IMG/VR virus record: IMGVR_UViG_3300031938_000015
Location: 1 to 32,156 of that record
Reading direction: 5' to 3' (one strand)
Length of the DNA stretch: 32,156 nt
Source of the DNA: a virus
Taxonomy: Duplodnaviria; Caudoviricetes
Shown: piece by piece, positions 1 through 7,626 of the stretch
Layout of the letters: each line of letters opens with the position of its first letter
Position numbering within the stretch: the first letter of the stretch is position 1
Position numbers and translations under genes: made by a program
The notes under the pieces: generated by a model
The model's input: only the letters and a program-made list of their open reading frames with translations
Databases searched by the model: none
Told to the model about the DNA's origin: nothing

Positions 1-144
1 TCAGTCCGTTACGCGCAGAATCGAACGCACGGGGGCTCGTGCGGGTCTGGCGCTGGCTTCAGCGCGCCCGGTTCTGGAGGTTTGCGTGACACCCCGCTTC
101 GTTGAACTGCTCACTTCATGGCGCGTGTCGCTGGCGGCCGAAGG
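1..144 (+). repeat. Terminal direct repeat, copy 1 (circularity overlap)
   Basis: Identical to 32013-32156 except G18 vs T32030; 19-144 matches 32031-32156 exactly (126 bp). Confidence 0.97.
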
Positions 145-919
145 CATGTCGGCGAAGACGATCAGGACGCGGCACTACGGCGTGACGGCGATGTCGAACC
201 ACTTCGACCCTGTCACCGCCACCACCGAGCAGGTCCGCAGCTGGCTGGCAGACCAGCGCTCCGGCTGGACGCGCGCCACCTACCACGGCACCGCGCGGGC
301 ATGGTTCGCCTACGTCGTCGAGCAGGGCGACCGCACCGACAACCCGATGGCCGTCATCCGCCGCCCACGCGAGCCCCGCCGCGTCCCGCGACCCGTCACG
401 GACGAGGACCTCGAGACCGCGATCGACCAGGCAGTCGGCAACGTGCGCGCCTTCCTGCTGCTCGCCGCCTACGCCGGCCTGCGCGTGCACGAGATCGCCA
501 AGCTGCGCGGCGAGGACATCACCGCCAAGCACATCCGAGTGCTCGGCAAGGGCAACCGCGAGGACGTCATCCCGACCCACCCGCTGGTCTGGGAGCTCGC
601 GCAGCAGATGCCACGCCGCGGCTGGTGGTTCCCTTCCCCACGCTCGCAGCGCGGCCACATCCTGTCGAACACCGTCACCCAGCAGATCTCGCGGTACTTC
701 ACCGAGCTCGGCATCGACGCCACCGCGCACATGGTCCGGCACACCTTCTGCACCCGAGTGCTCGAGGCGTCCGGCCGCGACATCGTCCGCACCCAGCGCC
801 TGGCCCGGCACGCCTCACCCCGCACCACAGTCGGCTACCTGTTCGTGTCCGACGAGGACCTACGCGACGTCATCTTCAACCTCGACGACGGCCGCACCAA
901 CGCCGAGGACGCAGCGTGA
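86..919 (+). CDS. int: Tyrosine integrase (277 aa), lacking an N-terminal arm-binding domain
   Basis: Catalytic motifs AGLRVHEI (R), GKG (K), HMVRH (HxxR), RHAS..TTVGY (H, Y); GGAGG RBS at 76-80; C-terminus AEDAA. Confidence 0.95.
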   Translation: MTPRFVELLTSWRVSLAAEGMSAKTIRTRHYGVTAMSNHFDPVTATTEQVRSWLADQRSGWTRATYHGTARAWFAYVVEQGDRTDNPMAVIRRPREPRRVPRPVTDEDLETAIDQAVGNVRAFLLLAAYAGLRVHEIAKLRGEDITAKHIRVLGKGNREDVIPTHPLVWELAQQMPRRGWWFPSPRSQRGHILSNTVTQQISRYFTELGIDATAHMVRHTFCTRVLEASGRDIVRTQRLARHASPRTTVGYLFVSDEDLRDVIFNLDDGRTNAEDAA

Positions 920-1281
920 ACGCCGTGCGAGGCGCCGCCCGATGGCAGGTGGCTGTCAACGCACTGCTCGGCCTGGTGCTGCTCGCCGCGGCCCTGTGCC
1001 TGCCCTCAGCGAGCGCCAGCCTGCCCACCTCGAGCTCGAGCTGCCACGCGACCTGGTGCGCCGACCAGTCATACGTCGAGCACGCTGCCGCCCGGTCCAT
1101 CGCCGAGCAGGTCCACACGCTCACCGCCGGCCGGGACTGCTGGACGGGGAACCCGAAGCGCTGGCCGCGCACCGTCTTCGTCCACGACACCGGCACCACC
1201 GTCGTGCACGAGATGACCTTCAAGGCCGCGTGGATCGCCGGTCGGGCCGGGCGCGTCGCGGTGGACGCGAAGTGCGCCTGA
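916..1281 (+). CDS. Putative secreted Cys-containing protein (121 aa)
   Basis: GTG start overlaps int stop (GTGA); signal-peptide-like LLGLVLLAAALCLPSASA; 3' part of ORF 118..1281. Confidence 0.7.
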   Translation: MNAVRGAARWQVAVNALLGLVLLAAALCLPSASASLPTSSSSCHATWCADQSYVEHAAARSIAEQVHTLTAGRDCWTGNPKRWPRTVFVHDTGTTVVHEMTFKAAWIAGRAGRVAVDAKCA

Positions 1282-1403
1282 TGGCCGCGCTGTGGCGGCG
1301 TCTGCGTGACGAAGTCCGCTGGCACGGCCCCGGACACCAACGTCGGGTCCGCAGGCGCGCGGCGCGCCAGGGATGGGGTATTGGCCCAACCCGCCGACGC
1401 TGA
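1281..1403 (+). CDS. Small Arg-rich hypothetical protein (40 aa)
   Basis: TGATG overlap with the upstream stop; MAALWRRLRDEVRWHGPGHQRRVRRRAARQGWGIGPTRRR. Confidence 0.5.
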   Translation: MAALWRRLRDEVRWHGPGHQRRVRRRAARQGWGIGPTRRR

Positions 1404-1469
1404 CGTGATCGTTGCGCGATGATAAGCGACGACCGAGACGGACCGAGATCCCGACCCAGAGGGGGCACG

Positions 1470-1838
1470 ATGCGCAAGCTGGCAACCATAGGCGCCGTCG
1501 CGATGCTGTTGCTCGCTGCCTGCGGTGGCGGCAGCGCGAGCGGAGCGAAGTCGACGACGTACAAGACCGGCGCCGAGTTGGCTGACGCCATCGGATGCAC
1601 CGCCTACCAGTCCGGCTCATCGGAGATGTACGTCGCGGACGGCGGCACCTGCACCCTCGGCAGGAACGACGCCGTGATCGTCGACACGTTCTCCAGCTCG
1701 AGCAACCGCGACAGCTACGTGCAGGTCGCGAAGTCCACCGGCGGCGTGTACGTCGTCGGTGACGGGTGGGTCGTCGGCGTCGGGTCGCAGGACGAGGCCG
1801 ACCAGGTGAAGGGCAAGGTCGGCGGCAAGATCGCCTGA
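1470..1838 (+). CDS. Lipoprotein (122 aa), possible superinfection-exclusion or lysogenic conversion protein
   Basis: MRKLATIGAVAMLLLAAC is a signal peptide II with lipobox LAAC; GAGGGGG RBS upstream. Function is inference. Confidence 0.8.
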   Translation: MRKLATIGAVAMLLLAACGGGSASGAKSTTYKTGAELADAIGCTAYQSGSSEMYVADGGTCTLGRNDAVIVDTFSSSSNRDSYVQVAKSTGGVYVVGDGWVVGVGSQDEADQVKGKVGGKIA

Positions 1839-1855
1839 CGCGAGAACGGAGCGGG

Positions 1856-2296
1856 TCAGCGCTCGAGCCACTGGGCCTTCTTGCAGACGATGTGGTGCCC
1901 GTTGCCCAGCTGGACGAACGCACGCACGGGCTGGGTGCCTCCGCGGATCCGGGCTGCTCGGCGACGTAGGTCGGCGGCGTCGAAGAGGATGATCTGCGAG
2001 CTGTGCCCCTCGAGCCGGAACGGGAACGGCTCTGCGCCGTCGAGAGTCTCGGGGAGCACCACCACGACGTCGGGCCGCACCTTCGTGTCGCCTACCAAGA
2101 ACGAGCACCAGTCCACCGTGGTGGCGAAGCGACCCAGGTTGCGGACGACCACTCGCAGCTCGTCGCCCCCTCCGACGTGGGCCGGCATGAGCCCCTGCGA
2201 CACCTGCACGACCGGCCCACCTCGACGCCAGGCAATCACCTGCCAGCCCAGGGACACGACACTGAGGCCGAGCGCGAGGATCGAGAGCGCGAGCAT
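1856..2296 (-). CDS. Membrane-anchored hypothetical protein (146 aa), moron-like
   Basis: N-terminal TM MLALSILALGLSVVSLGWQVIAW then a beta-rich domain; lies downstream of the late-operon hairpin; TACCGT -10 box 6 nt before the ATG. Confidence 0.7.
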   Translation of the reverse strand: MLALSILALGLSVVSLGWQVIAWRRGGPVVQVSQGLMPAHVGGGDELRVVVRNLGRFATTVDWCSFLVGDTKVRPDVVVVLPETLDGAEPFPFRLEGHSSQIILFDAADLRRRAARIRGGTQPVRAFVQLGNGHHIVCKKAQWLER

Positions 2297-2345
2297 GAGC
2301 ACACGGTACGGGCGCGCCTCCCCAACGGCAGGAACGACAGGAACG

Positions 2346-2385
2346 ACGAAGCGCCCCCACACCGGATGGTGTGGGGGCGCTTCGT
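2346..2385 (-). terminator. Intrinsic terminator-like hairpin ending the late operon
   Basis: Perfect 18-bp stem ACGAAGCGCCCCCACACC / GGTGTGGGGGCGCTTCGT with a 4-nt loop, just past the stop at 2404; pyrimidine-rich tail on the - strand. Confidence 0.85.
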
Positions 2386-2403
2386 GCTGCGAGACTGAGC
2401 GGC

Positions 2404-2730
2404 TCAGGTCTGGTCGAGGCGGTGCTGGACCTTGAAGGATGCGGTCGACGCACCCGGGAAGGTCTGGGGTCGGCCGTTGGACCAGGTGACGACGAGCTCG
2501 ACGGCGTAGCGGCCCGCGAGCGCCAGGTCGTCGGTCTGCCAGGTGAGGGTCCAGCTGCCTGGGCTGACGGTCTGGTCTCCCTTGGTGACGTCTCGCAGAA
2601 CGGTGGTGCCGTCCGGCCGGCGGATCCGCGCCTGCACCGTGCTGGCTGTCGCGAGGGACACCGGCTGGCCGGCGCTTGTGGCGGTGCCGGTCAGGGCCGG
2701 CTCAAGGTCGCCGGCCTTCCAGGTCGTCAT
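2404..2730 (-). CDS. BppU N-terminal-like Ig-fold virion protein (108 aa)
   Basis: Pattern KAGDLEPAL...IRRPDG...WQTDDLALAGRYAVELVVTWSNGRPQTFP resembles BppU_N-like proteins; ATGA overlap with the upstream gene. Confidence 0.65.
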   Translation of the reverse strand: MTTWKAGDLEPALTGTATSAGQPVSLATASTVQARIRRPDGTTVLRDVTKGDQTVSPGSWTLTWQTDDLALAGRYAVELVVTWSNGRPQTFPGASTASFKVQHRLDQT

Positions 2731-4298
2731 GCGAGCTCCAATCCGTGGTCGCTGGTCGAGGACAGTGCCAGGCCGCCGGCGGCCCGGGCGATGCGCAGAG
2801 CGGCCGGCGTCCCGTCGATGTGGACTGAGGTGCTCGCCCCGCCGAGGTGTAGGCCTGGGCTCGGCACGGATGTGGGCCCGGTGACGATCGTGACGACGGG
2901 CACGGTGGCCGAGGCGATGCTTGCCGCTGCCGGCACGCGGACGATCACGGTGAGGTGCAGCGCAGGCGGACTCGCCGCCGCGCTGGCCGGTGCGGCGGGT
3001 GCGCCCACGCGGGCGCCGGCGGTGATCGCGGGTGCCGTGGCTGCGGCGGTCGCGAGCGCTGCTGGCGGCCGTACCCGGACGACGGCGCCCGTGGCCACGT
3101 CGGGTGCCGTCGACGACGCGGTGGCGGCCGCGGCCGGCGCGTTGATGTGCACCCCGGTGGTCGTTGCCGGCGGCGCTGCTGCCGCGGTGGCCGCGGCGGC
3201 GGGCGGCTGCACGTGGGCGATCGCGCCGGCACCGATGGTGGGTGGCGTCGCGGTGGCAGCGGCGGCCGCTGCCGGGGGTGTGGCGACGACGCGGGTGCGC
3301 AGCGCGGGAGGTGTGGCGCCGGCGGCCGCAGCAGCTGCTGGCGGCCGGACACCTGCGGAGGCGTGTGCGGCGGGCGGCGTGGCGGCCGCTGTCGCCGCAG
3401 CGGCCGGTGGCGTGGCGTGTGCGTGGGCCGTGACGCCGGGTGCCGTGCTCGAGGCCGCTGAGGCCGCTGCCGGCGGCCGCACCTGCGCGGCGGCGGTGGC
3501 CACGGGCGCCGTCGCGGACGTGGTCGACGCGGCAGCCGGCGCAGCGATCGCCGCCACGGCACGAACCGCAGGCTGAGTGGCGGACGCCGTGGCCGCGGCT
3601 GCTGGCGCGGCGATGTTGACGGGCGAGCTCGACGGCGCCGGGTTCAGCGCCACGGTGTACGCGCTGATGTGGGTCGCGGCCGGGCTGGTGGTGATCGTGC
3701 CGCCGCCGTACGAGCCGGCCGCGCCCGGCGTGGTGAGGTGTCCGGAGACGGCGTTGAAGTTGACGCCGGACGCGTTGACGGAGTTGGAATTGCCGTCCTT
3801 GGTCCAGGCAGCGGGCAGCGTGACGACCGCCGCGGCGCCGGACAAGACACGCGTCGCGGTGAGCACCGCGATGTCGGAGCCGTCGTGGGCGGTGGTGACC
3901 GGCGGCAGCACGAGGCTGCTGCCGTTCGTGCCTGAGTAGTTGCTGGTGTCGAAGACGTCCGCCGGGTCGACACCGGACAGCACCAGGCCCGCGCCGTTGA
4001 TGCGCGCCGCCGAACCGGCGTGCAGGTTCACGCCGCCGGCCGCGACATCGGCGGCGTCGAGCAGCCGCACGTACAACCAGGACAGCAGGACGTTGTTCTG
4101 GTTACGCGGGCCGAGGGGGTCTGACAGCGCCCACACGCTGCCGCCGGTCGCGGTCATCGTGCCCGTGCTCGAGTTGATGCTGACGAACCCGACGAACACG
4201 TGGCCGGCTGCCGTGCCGGGCGGGAACGGCAGGTTCAGGTCCTGCGCTGTCCCGGTGGCGCCGTCACGGTCAGAGGCGCATGCGCCGACCAGCGGCAT
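2727..4298 (-). CDS. Fibre-like virion protein (523 aa): N-terminal beta-sandwich region plus about 11 Ala/Pro/Thr-rich repeats
   Basis: Repeats visible in translation; ATG start with GGAAGG upstream; last part of the late operon. Confidence 0.7.
   Translation of the reverse strand: MPLVGACASDRDGATGTAQDLNLPFPPGTAAGHVFVGFVSINSSTGTMTATGGSVWALSDPLGPRNQNNVLLSWLYVRLLDAADVAAGGVNLHAGSAARINGAGLVLSGVDPADVFDTSNYSGTNGSSLVLPPVTTAHDGSDIAVLTATRVLSGAAAVVTLPAAWTKDGNSNSVNASGVNFNAVSGHLTTPGAAGSYGGGTITTSPAATHISAYTVALNPAPSSSPVNIAAPAAAATASATQPAVRAVAAIAAPAAASTTSATAPVATAAAQVRPPAAASAASSTAPGVTAHAHATPPAAAATAAATPPAAHASAGVRPPAAAAAAGATPPALRTRVVATPPAAAAAATATPPTIGAGAIAHVQPPAAAATAAAAPPATTTGVHINAPAAAATASSTAPDVATGAVVRVRPPAALATAAATAPAITAGARVGAPAAPASAAASPPALHLTVIVRVPAAASIASATVPVVTIVTGPTSVPSPGLHLGGASTSVHIDGTPAALRIARAAGGLALSSTSDHGLELA
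2878..3609 (-). repeat. About 11 degenerate tandem 22-24 aa coding repeats ([AP]PAAAAxAxAxxPxhxxxxxhx)
   Basis: APAAAATASATQPAVRAVAAIA / APAAASTTSATAPVATAAAQVR / PPAAASAASSTAPGVTAHAHAT / PPAAAATAAATPPAAHASAGVR and so on. Boundaries approximate. Confidence 0.85.
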
Positions 4299-4329
4299 GA
4301 GTCACCGCCTTCCCGCTCGGTGGTGCCGG

Positions 4330-4779
4330 TCAGGCTGCGGTGAGCTTCAGGACGCCGTCCGTGGCGTCCCAGGTGGCCGTCCAGTCCGCTGCGGTGGCCG
4401 AGGTGTCCGCGCCGAGGTCGACCCAACCCAGCAGCGGCGACGTCGTGGCCGTGCCGGTGGACTTGTAGACGACCAGGTAGCGGATCGTGAGGGTCTCCCC
4501 TGCGGCCGGCGTCCAGATCGTCGCGGCCGCGCGCAACGAGACCGTGTTCGATGTGGCGTCGAGGTTCACCGATTTGGTGCCCAGAGTCGCACCGCCCGCG
4601 GTGTAGCCGTTGGCGGTGGCCAGCTCGCCGGTGACGTCGTTGAAGAAGTCGTGGACGTCCTGGTCGGGCGTGTAGGTGGCGGCAACGGCCGCGACCTTGA
4701 TCGTGTCGGTAGCCCAGTTGACCGAGCCGGCGGCGATCGCCTTCAGGCCGTTGCTGTACCACTTCGCGGTGGCGACCAT
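4330..4779 (-). CDS. Small beta-rich virion/fibre-associated protein (149 aa)
   Basis: DTIKVA..YTPDQDVHDFFNDVT.E...NGYTAGG..L....RYLVVYK.TG..TSPLLGWVD is a pattern I recognise from a widespread phage protein family; AGGAGG RBS. Confidence 0.7.
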   Translation of the reverse strand: MVATAKWYSNGLKAIAAGSVNWATDTIKVAAVAATYTPDQDVHDFFNDVTGELATANGYTAGGATLGTKSVNLDATSNTVSLRAAATIWTPAAGETLTIRYLVVYKSTGTATTSPLLGWVDLGADTSATAADWTATWDATDGVLKLTAA

Positions 4780-4780
4780 G

Positions 4781-5050
4781 TCAGCCCTCCTGGGTGGTGT
4801 CGGCGGCGAGGAACGGCACGAAGCGGCGCAGGAACGTCTCGACGGCCGGCAGCGCCATCACGCGGGTGATGCCGGCGGCGATCGCCAGGCCGAGCGCGGC
4901 GTACCCGGTCGCGGCGGCCGAGTCGTGGTGGGTGGCCGCCGAGTAGATCGGGTCGGCCATCGCGGCGCCGGCGACGATGGCCTGGAAGGCGGTGCGGACG
5001 GTGGAGCGCCACGGGCGCTTGACCTGCGTCGGCTTGGGGATGGCGGGCAT
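4781..5050 (-). CDS. Holin (89 aa)
   Basis: Directly downstream of the endolysin; two hydrophobic segments; PWRSTVRT..ITRVMALP pattern typical of actinophage holins; GGAGG RBS. Confidence 0.75.
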   Translation of the reverse strand: MPAIPKPTQVKRPWRSTVRTAFQAIVAGAAMADPIYSAATHHDSAAATGYAALGLAIAAGITRVMALPAVETFLRRFVPFLAADTTQEG

Positions 5051-5077
5051 GAGTGGCCTCCGGATCAGAAGTGGCGA

Positions 5078-5896
5078 TCAGTAGTGGTTGTGGGCGGCTT
5101 CACGCAGGGCGCGGAACGCCGCGTCCGTGTGCGGACCCCACGCGCCGTCAGCGGTGACGCCCAGGACGCGTTGGGCCTGCTTCACCCAGGCGCCGAGCGC
5201 GGCCTGCGACTTCGGGCCCCACACGCCGTCGACGGTGGTGTCGATGACCTTCTGGACGAGGTCCTCGCGGAACGGCTTGGCGGGTCCGCCGCCGGTGTGC
5301 CGGTACGCGGCGGTGCGCAGGCGCATCCCCCACACGTCGGTCGTCGGACCCCACTGGCCGTCAGCGCCCACCTCGAGCAGCCGCTGCAGCTCCTTCACCT
5401 GCGCGACGTCGTACACCCGCGGCAGGGGAGAAGGCTGCTGGTCGGTGGCGTAGGCCGGCCGGCCGTAGCCGACGATCAGGCCGTTGACGGGGCGCAGCTT
5501 GCGCATGACCTGGCCGCCGGTGCGGCCGCCGTTGGTGTCGGTGTTGCCCTCGATGGTCTGGATGTAGCCACCGATGACCTTCTCGACGAACCCGACGTGG
5601 GAGATCCGGCCGAGGCCGAAGTCGTAGAACACGACGTCGCCGGCGCGCGGGCCGGAGGTGTGCCACTGGCCGCGGGCCTTGAACCAGTTGGCGTGCGAGG
5701 GGGTGTAGGCGAAGCGGCCGATGATGTCCGCGGCGCGGGCCTGGTCAGCGACCCACGAAGCGAACATGTCGCACCAGGGATTGCCGTCGAGGCCATACCA
5801 GGCGCCGAACTTCGTGCGGTTCGACCCGTAGGGATTCTCGGCGTAGCCGATCTGACTGGCCGCCTTCGACAGCACGGCCACGCGGGTAGCGGTCAC
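5078..5896 (-). CDS. Endolysin: CHAP domain plus peptidoglycan-binding repeats (272 aa)
   Basis: PWCDMFASWV (Cys), SHVGFV (His), TIEGNT; three DGxWGP motifs at the C-terminus; GTG start overlaps the upstream stop. Confidence 0.9.
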   Translation of the reverse strand: MTATRVAVLSKAASQIGYAENPYGSNRTKFGAWYGLDGNPWCDMFASWVADQARAADIIGRFAYTPSHANWFKARGQWHTSGPRAGDVVFYDFGLGRISHVGFVEKVIGGYIQTIEGNTDTNGGRTGGQVMRKLRPVNGLIVGYGRPAYATDQQPSPLPRVYDVAQVKELQRLLEVGADGQWGPTTDVWGMRLRTAAYRHTGGGPAKPFREDLVQKVIDTTVDGVWGPKSQAALGAWVKQAQRVLGVTADGAWGPHTDAAFRALREAAHNHY

Positions 5897-6045
5897 TGGC
5901 CCGGCTCCGTCCACTCGTCGGCGCCATCGCTCGTGTCGAGCTCGGCCGCCTGGTCCGGGTCGGGCTCCGTGCCGGCGGTGTCGGGGGACTCCTCGAGCTG
6001 GTCGGGGGTCTCGGTCTCGCCGGCGCTGTTCGGTGCAGGGGTCAT
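5893..6045 (-). CDS. Small highly acidic protein (50 aa), not in the ORF track
   Basis: AGGAGG RBS, ATG at 6045; MTPAPNSAGETETPDQLEESPDTAGTEPDPDQAAELDTSDGADEWTEPGQ; its stop overlaps the lysin start (GTGA). Confidence 0.75.
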   Translation of the reverse strand: MTPAPNSAGETETPDQLEESPDTAGTEPDPDQAAELDTSDGADEWTEPGQ

Positions 6046-6079
6046 CGCGGTGTGCCTCCTTGGCGACAGGGGACCGCGC

Positions 6080-6541
6080 TCAGCGGTCTTCGGGTCGTAC
6101 AGCGGTCGGGCCGAGGTCGGGCGTCACCTCGGGATGAGCAGGGTCCAGATCGACCGGCAGCGACCAGCCGTTCTGCGCCATCCACTCGCGCAGCCGGTAC
6201 TCCATCCGCAGGCCGGTGTCGAGACGCCGGTTCAACGTGCGGATCTCGTCGCGGTGACGGTCGGTCATCTGCTGCAAGTAGCGGTTGTGCTCGTCGCGCA
6301 AACCGCGGACCTCGCGCTCGAGTGCAGAAATCCGCTCGGTCAGCGCAGCCCGATCCGCGACGTGCTCACGCATCAGGCGGTCGCGTTCACGCTCGGCCGC
6401 CTCGCGCCCCGCGCGCTCGTACTCGACGTTCTGGTGGCGACCGTCGCGCCACATCCGGACGACGTAGGCGATGATCACCAGGACGACACCCAGCGCGCCC
6501 GTCTGGGTCACGTCGGGAAGCGATGCCCCCAGGTCGCTCAC
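6080..6541 (-). CDS. Membrane-anchored coiled-coil protein, lysis-cassette associated (153 aa)
   Basis: One N-terminal TM (GALGVVLVIIAYVV) followed by a heptad-rich helix; GAGGTG RBS. Confidence 0.7.
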   Translation of the reverse strand: MSDLGASLPDVTQTGALGVVLVIIAYVVRMWRDGRHQNVEYERAGREAAERERDRLMREHVADRAALTERISALEREVRGLRDEHNRYLQQMTDRHRDEIRTLNRRLDTGLRMEYRLREWMAQNGWSLPVDLDPAHPEVTPDLGPTAVRPEDR

Positions 6542-6544
6542 GGC

Positions 6545-6997
6545 TCACCGCACCTCTCTGAGCGGGGCCGGTGGCCCGGCCAGGCGGCGCACCTCCCTGC
6601 CGAGCAGCCAGAGGCACACGCAGTGCAGGGCGAGGTTCGCCGCAACCGGTGTGGCGAAGCGCATGCCGTGACCGTGGGCCGCGGCGATGCCCCGCACGAG
6701 TGCGATCCCGTACCAGCTGTAGACGAACACGCCGGCGAGGTGCGCGGCGATCAGCGGACCGATCCGACGCAGCAGCAGGCTCACCGCGAGCGCAAAGAAG
6801 CCGGCCACCATCCAGGCGCCCCATGCGTGCGCCGAGCCGTAGGACTCGACGACCTGCAGGGTGGGGCCGCCGACGCGCGCCGGACCCGACAGGTAGTCCA
6901 GGCCTCGGGCGCCGGTCGCGAGCGCCGTGATCCAGCCCAGCAGGACGCCGATGTGTCCGGGTGCGTGGGTGGGCCGGTAGCGGGCGAAGAGGGTCAC
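6545..6997 (-). CDS. Four-TM membrane protein, holin-like or lysis accessory
   Basis: Four hydrophobic segments; first gene of the lysis region; start could also be 7024. Confidence 0.65.
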   Translation of the reverse strand: MTLFARYRPTHAPGHIGVLLGWITALATGARGLDYLSGPARVGGPTLQVVESYGSAHAWGAWMVAGFFALAVSLLLRRIGPLIAAHLAGVFVYSWYGIALVRGIAAAHGHGMRFATPVAANLALHCVCLWLLGREVRRLAGPPAPLREVR

Positions 6998-7047
6998 GAG
7001 ACGTGCCCACCCTCGAAAGGGCACGGCCGCCGGTCGCGGGCCACCGG

Positions 7048-7599
7048 TCAGGCTCCCGTCAGCTTCATCGAGAGCCAGGTGTCGGCGGTGGTGTTCGCGT
7101 TGGTCGCGAGGTTGCCGCCGGAGTTCTGCAGCCCGAAGAGCTCGATGTAGTCACCGGCGGCCATGGTGATCTCAACGGTCGGCAGGTTCGCGATCGTCGC
7201 GCCGGACGACGTCGCCGGCGAGCGCCCTGCGCTGACGATGGTCCCTCCGGCGGCGCTGCCAGCTGCGTTCTTGCGGCAGGTGACGGTGCGGTCGCCGGTG
7301 GTGTTGACGGCGTAGGCGAGGCCACCGCTGATCGTGTACTTGCCGGGGGTCTGGGCAACCAGCCGGGTCGGGTTCGTGGTGTTGTCGTGGCAGGTGTCGG
7401 TGTCGTACAGCTCGGCGTTGAGCGGCAGCACGGTGGTGACGCCGGTCGTGCAGGTGGTGCCGGTGCCGCCGGACTGGTAGGCGTACACCTTCGGTGGGCT
7501 GGCCCAGAAGGAGACCGCGTCGGCGAGCTGCTGGATCTTGGCGGCGACGCCGACCTTGTCGCCGGCCGCGAACGACGGGATGGTGGGGATCGAGCCCAT
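7048..7599 (-). CDS. Minor tail protein, putative receptor-binding protein (C1q/TNF-like jelly roll)
   Basis: Follows the large tail-tip gene; ELYDTDTCHD..NPTRLVAQTPGKY...AGDYIELF pattern. Confidence 0.7.
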   Translation of the reverse strand: MGSIPTIPSFAAGDKVGVAAKIQQLADAVSFWASPPKVYAYQSGGTGTTCTTGVTTVLPLNAELYDTDTCHDNTTNPTRLVAQTPGKYTISGGLAYAVNTTGDRTVTCRKNAAGSAAGGTIVSAGRSPATSSGATIANLPTVEITMAAGDYIELFGLQNSGGNLATNANTTADTWLSMKLTGA

Positions 7600-7626
7600 G
7601 GGTTGAGGTCCTGTCTGCTCGGTCGG

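Noticed and set aside
1-144. Terminal repeat as attL/attR or a true virion terminal repeat
   Set aside because: It includes the int 5' end, has no host flanks, and the HNH/HK97-type packaging genes point to cos ends near terS; an assembly overlap is simpler.
1421-1430. GATAAGCGAC resembling part of an actinobacterial dif site (also GCGCATAAT at 32025-32033 resembling a XerC arm)
   Set aside because: Neither has the TTATGT(C/T)AA XerD arm at the right spacing; the second is explained by a -10 box.
2878-3609. Repeat region as a DGR template/variable repeat or an invertible tail-fibre cassette
   Set aside because: No reverse transcriptase or invertase; repeats are conserved at protein level only, with no adenine-specific variant pair seen.
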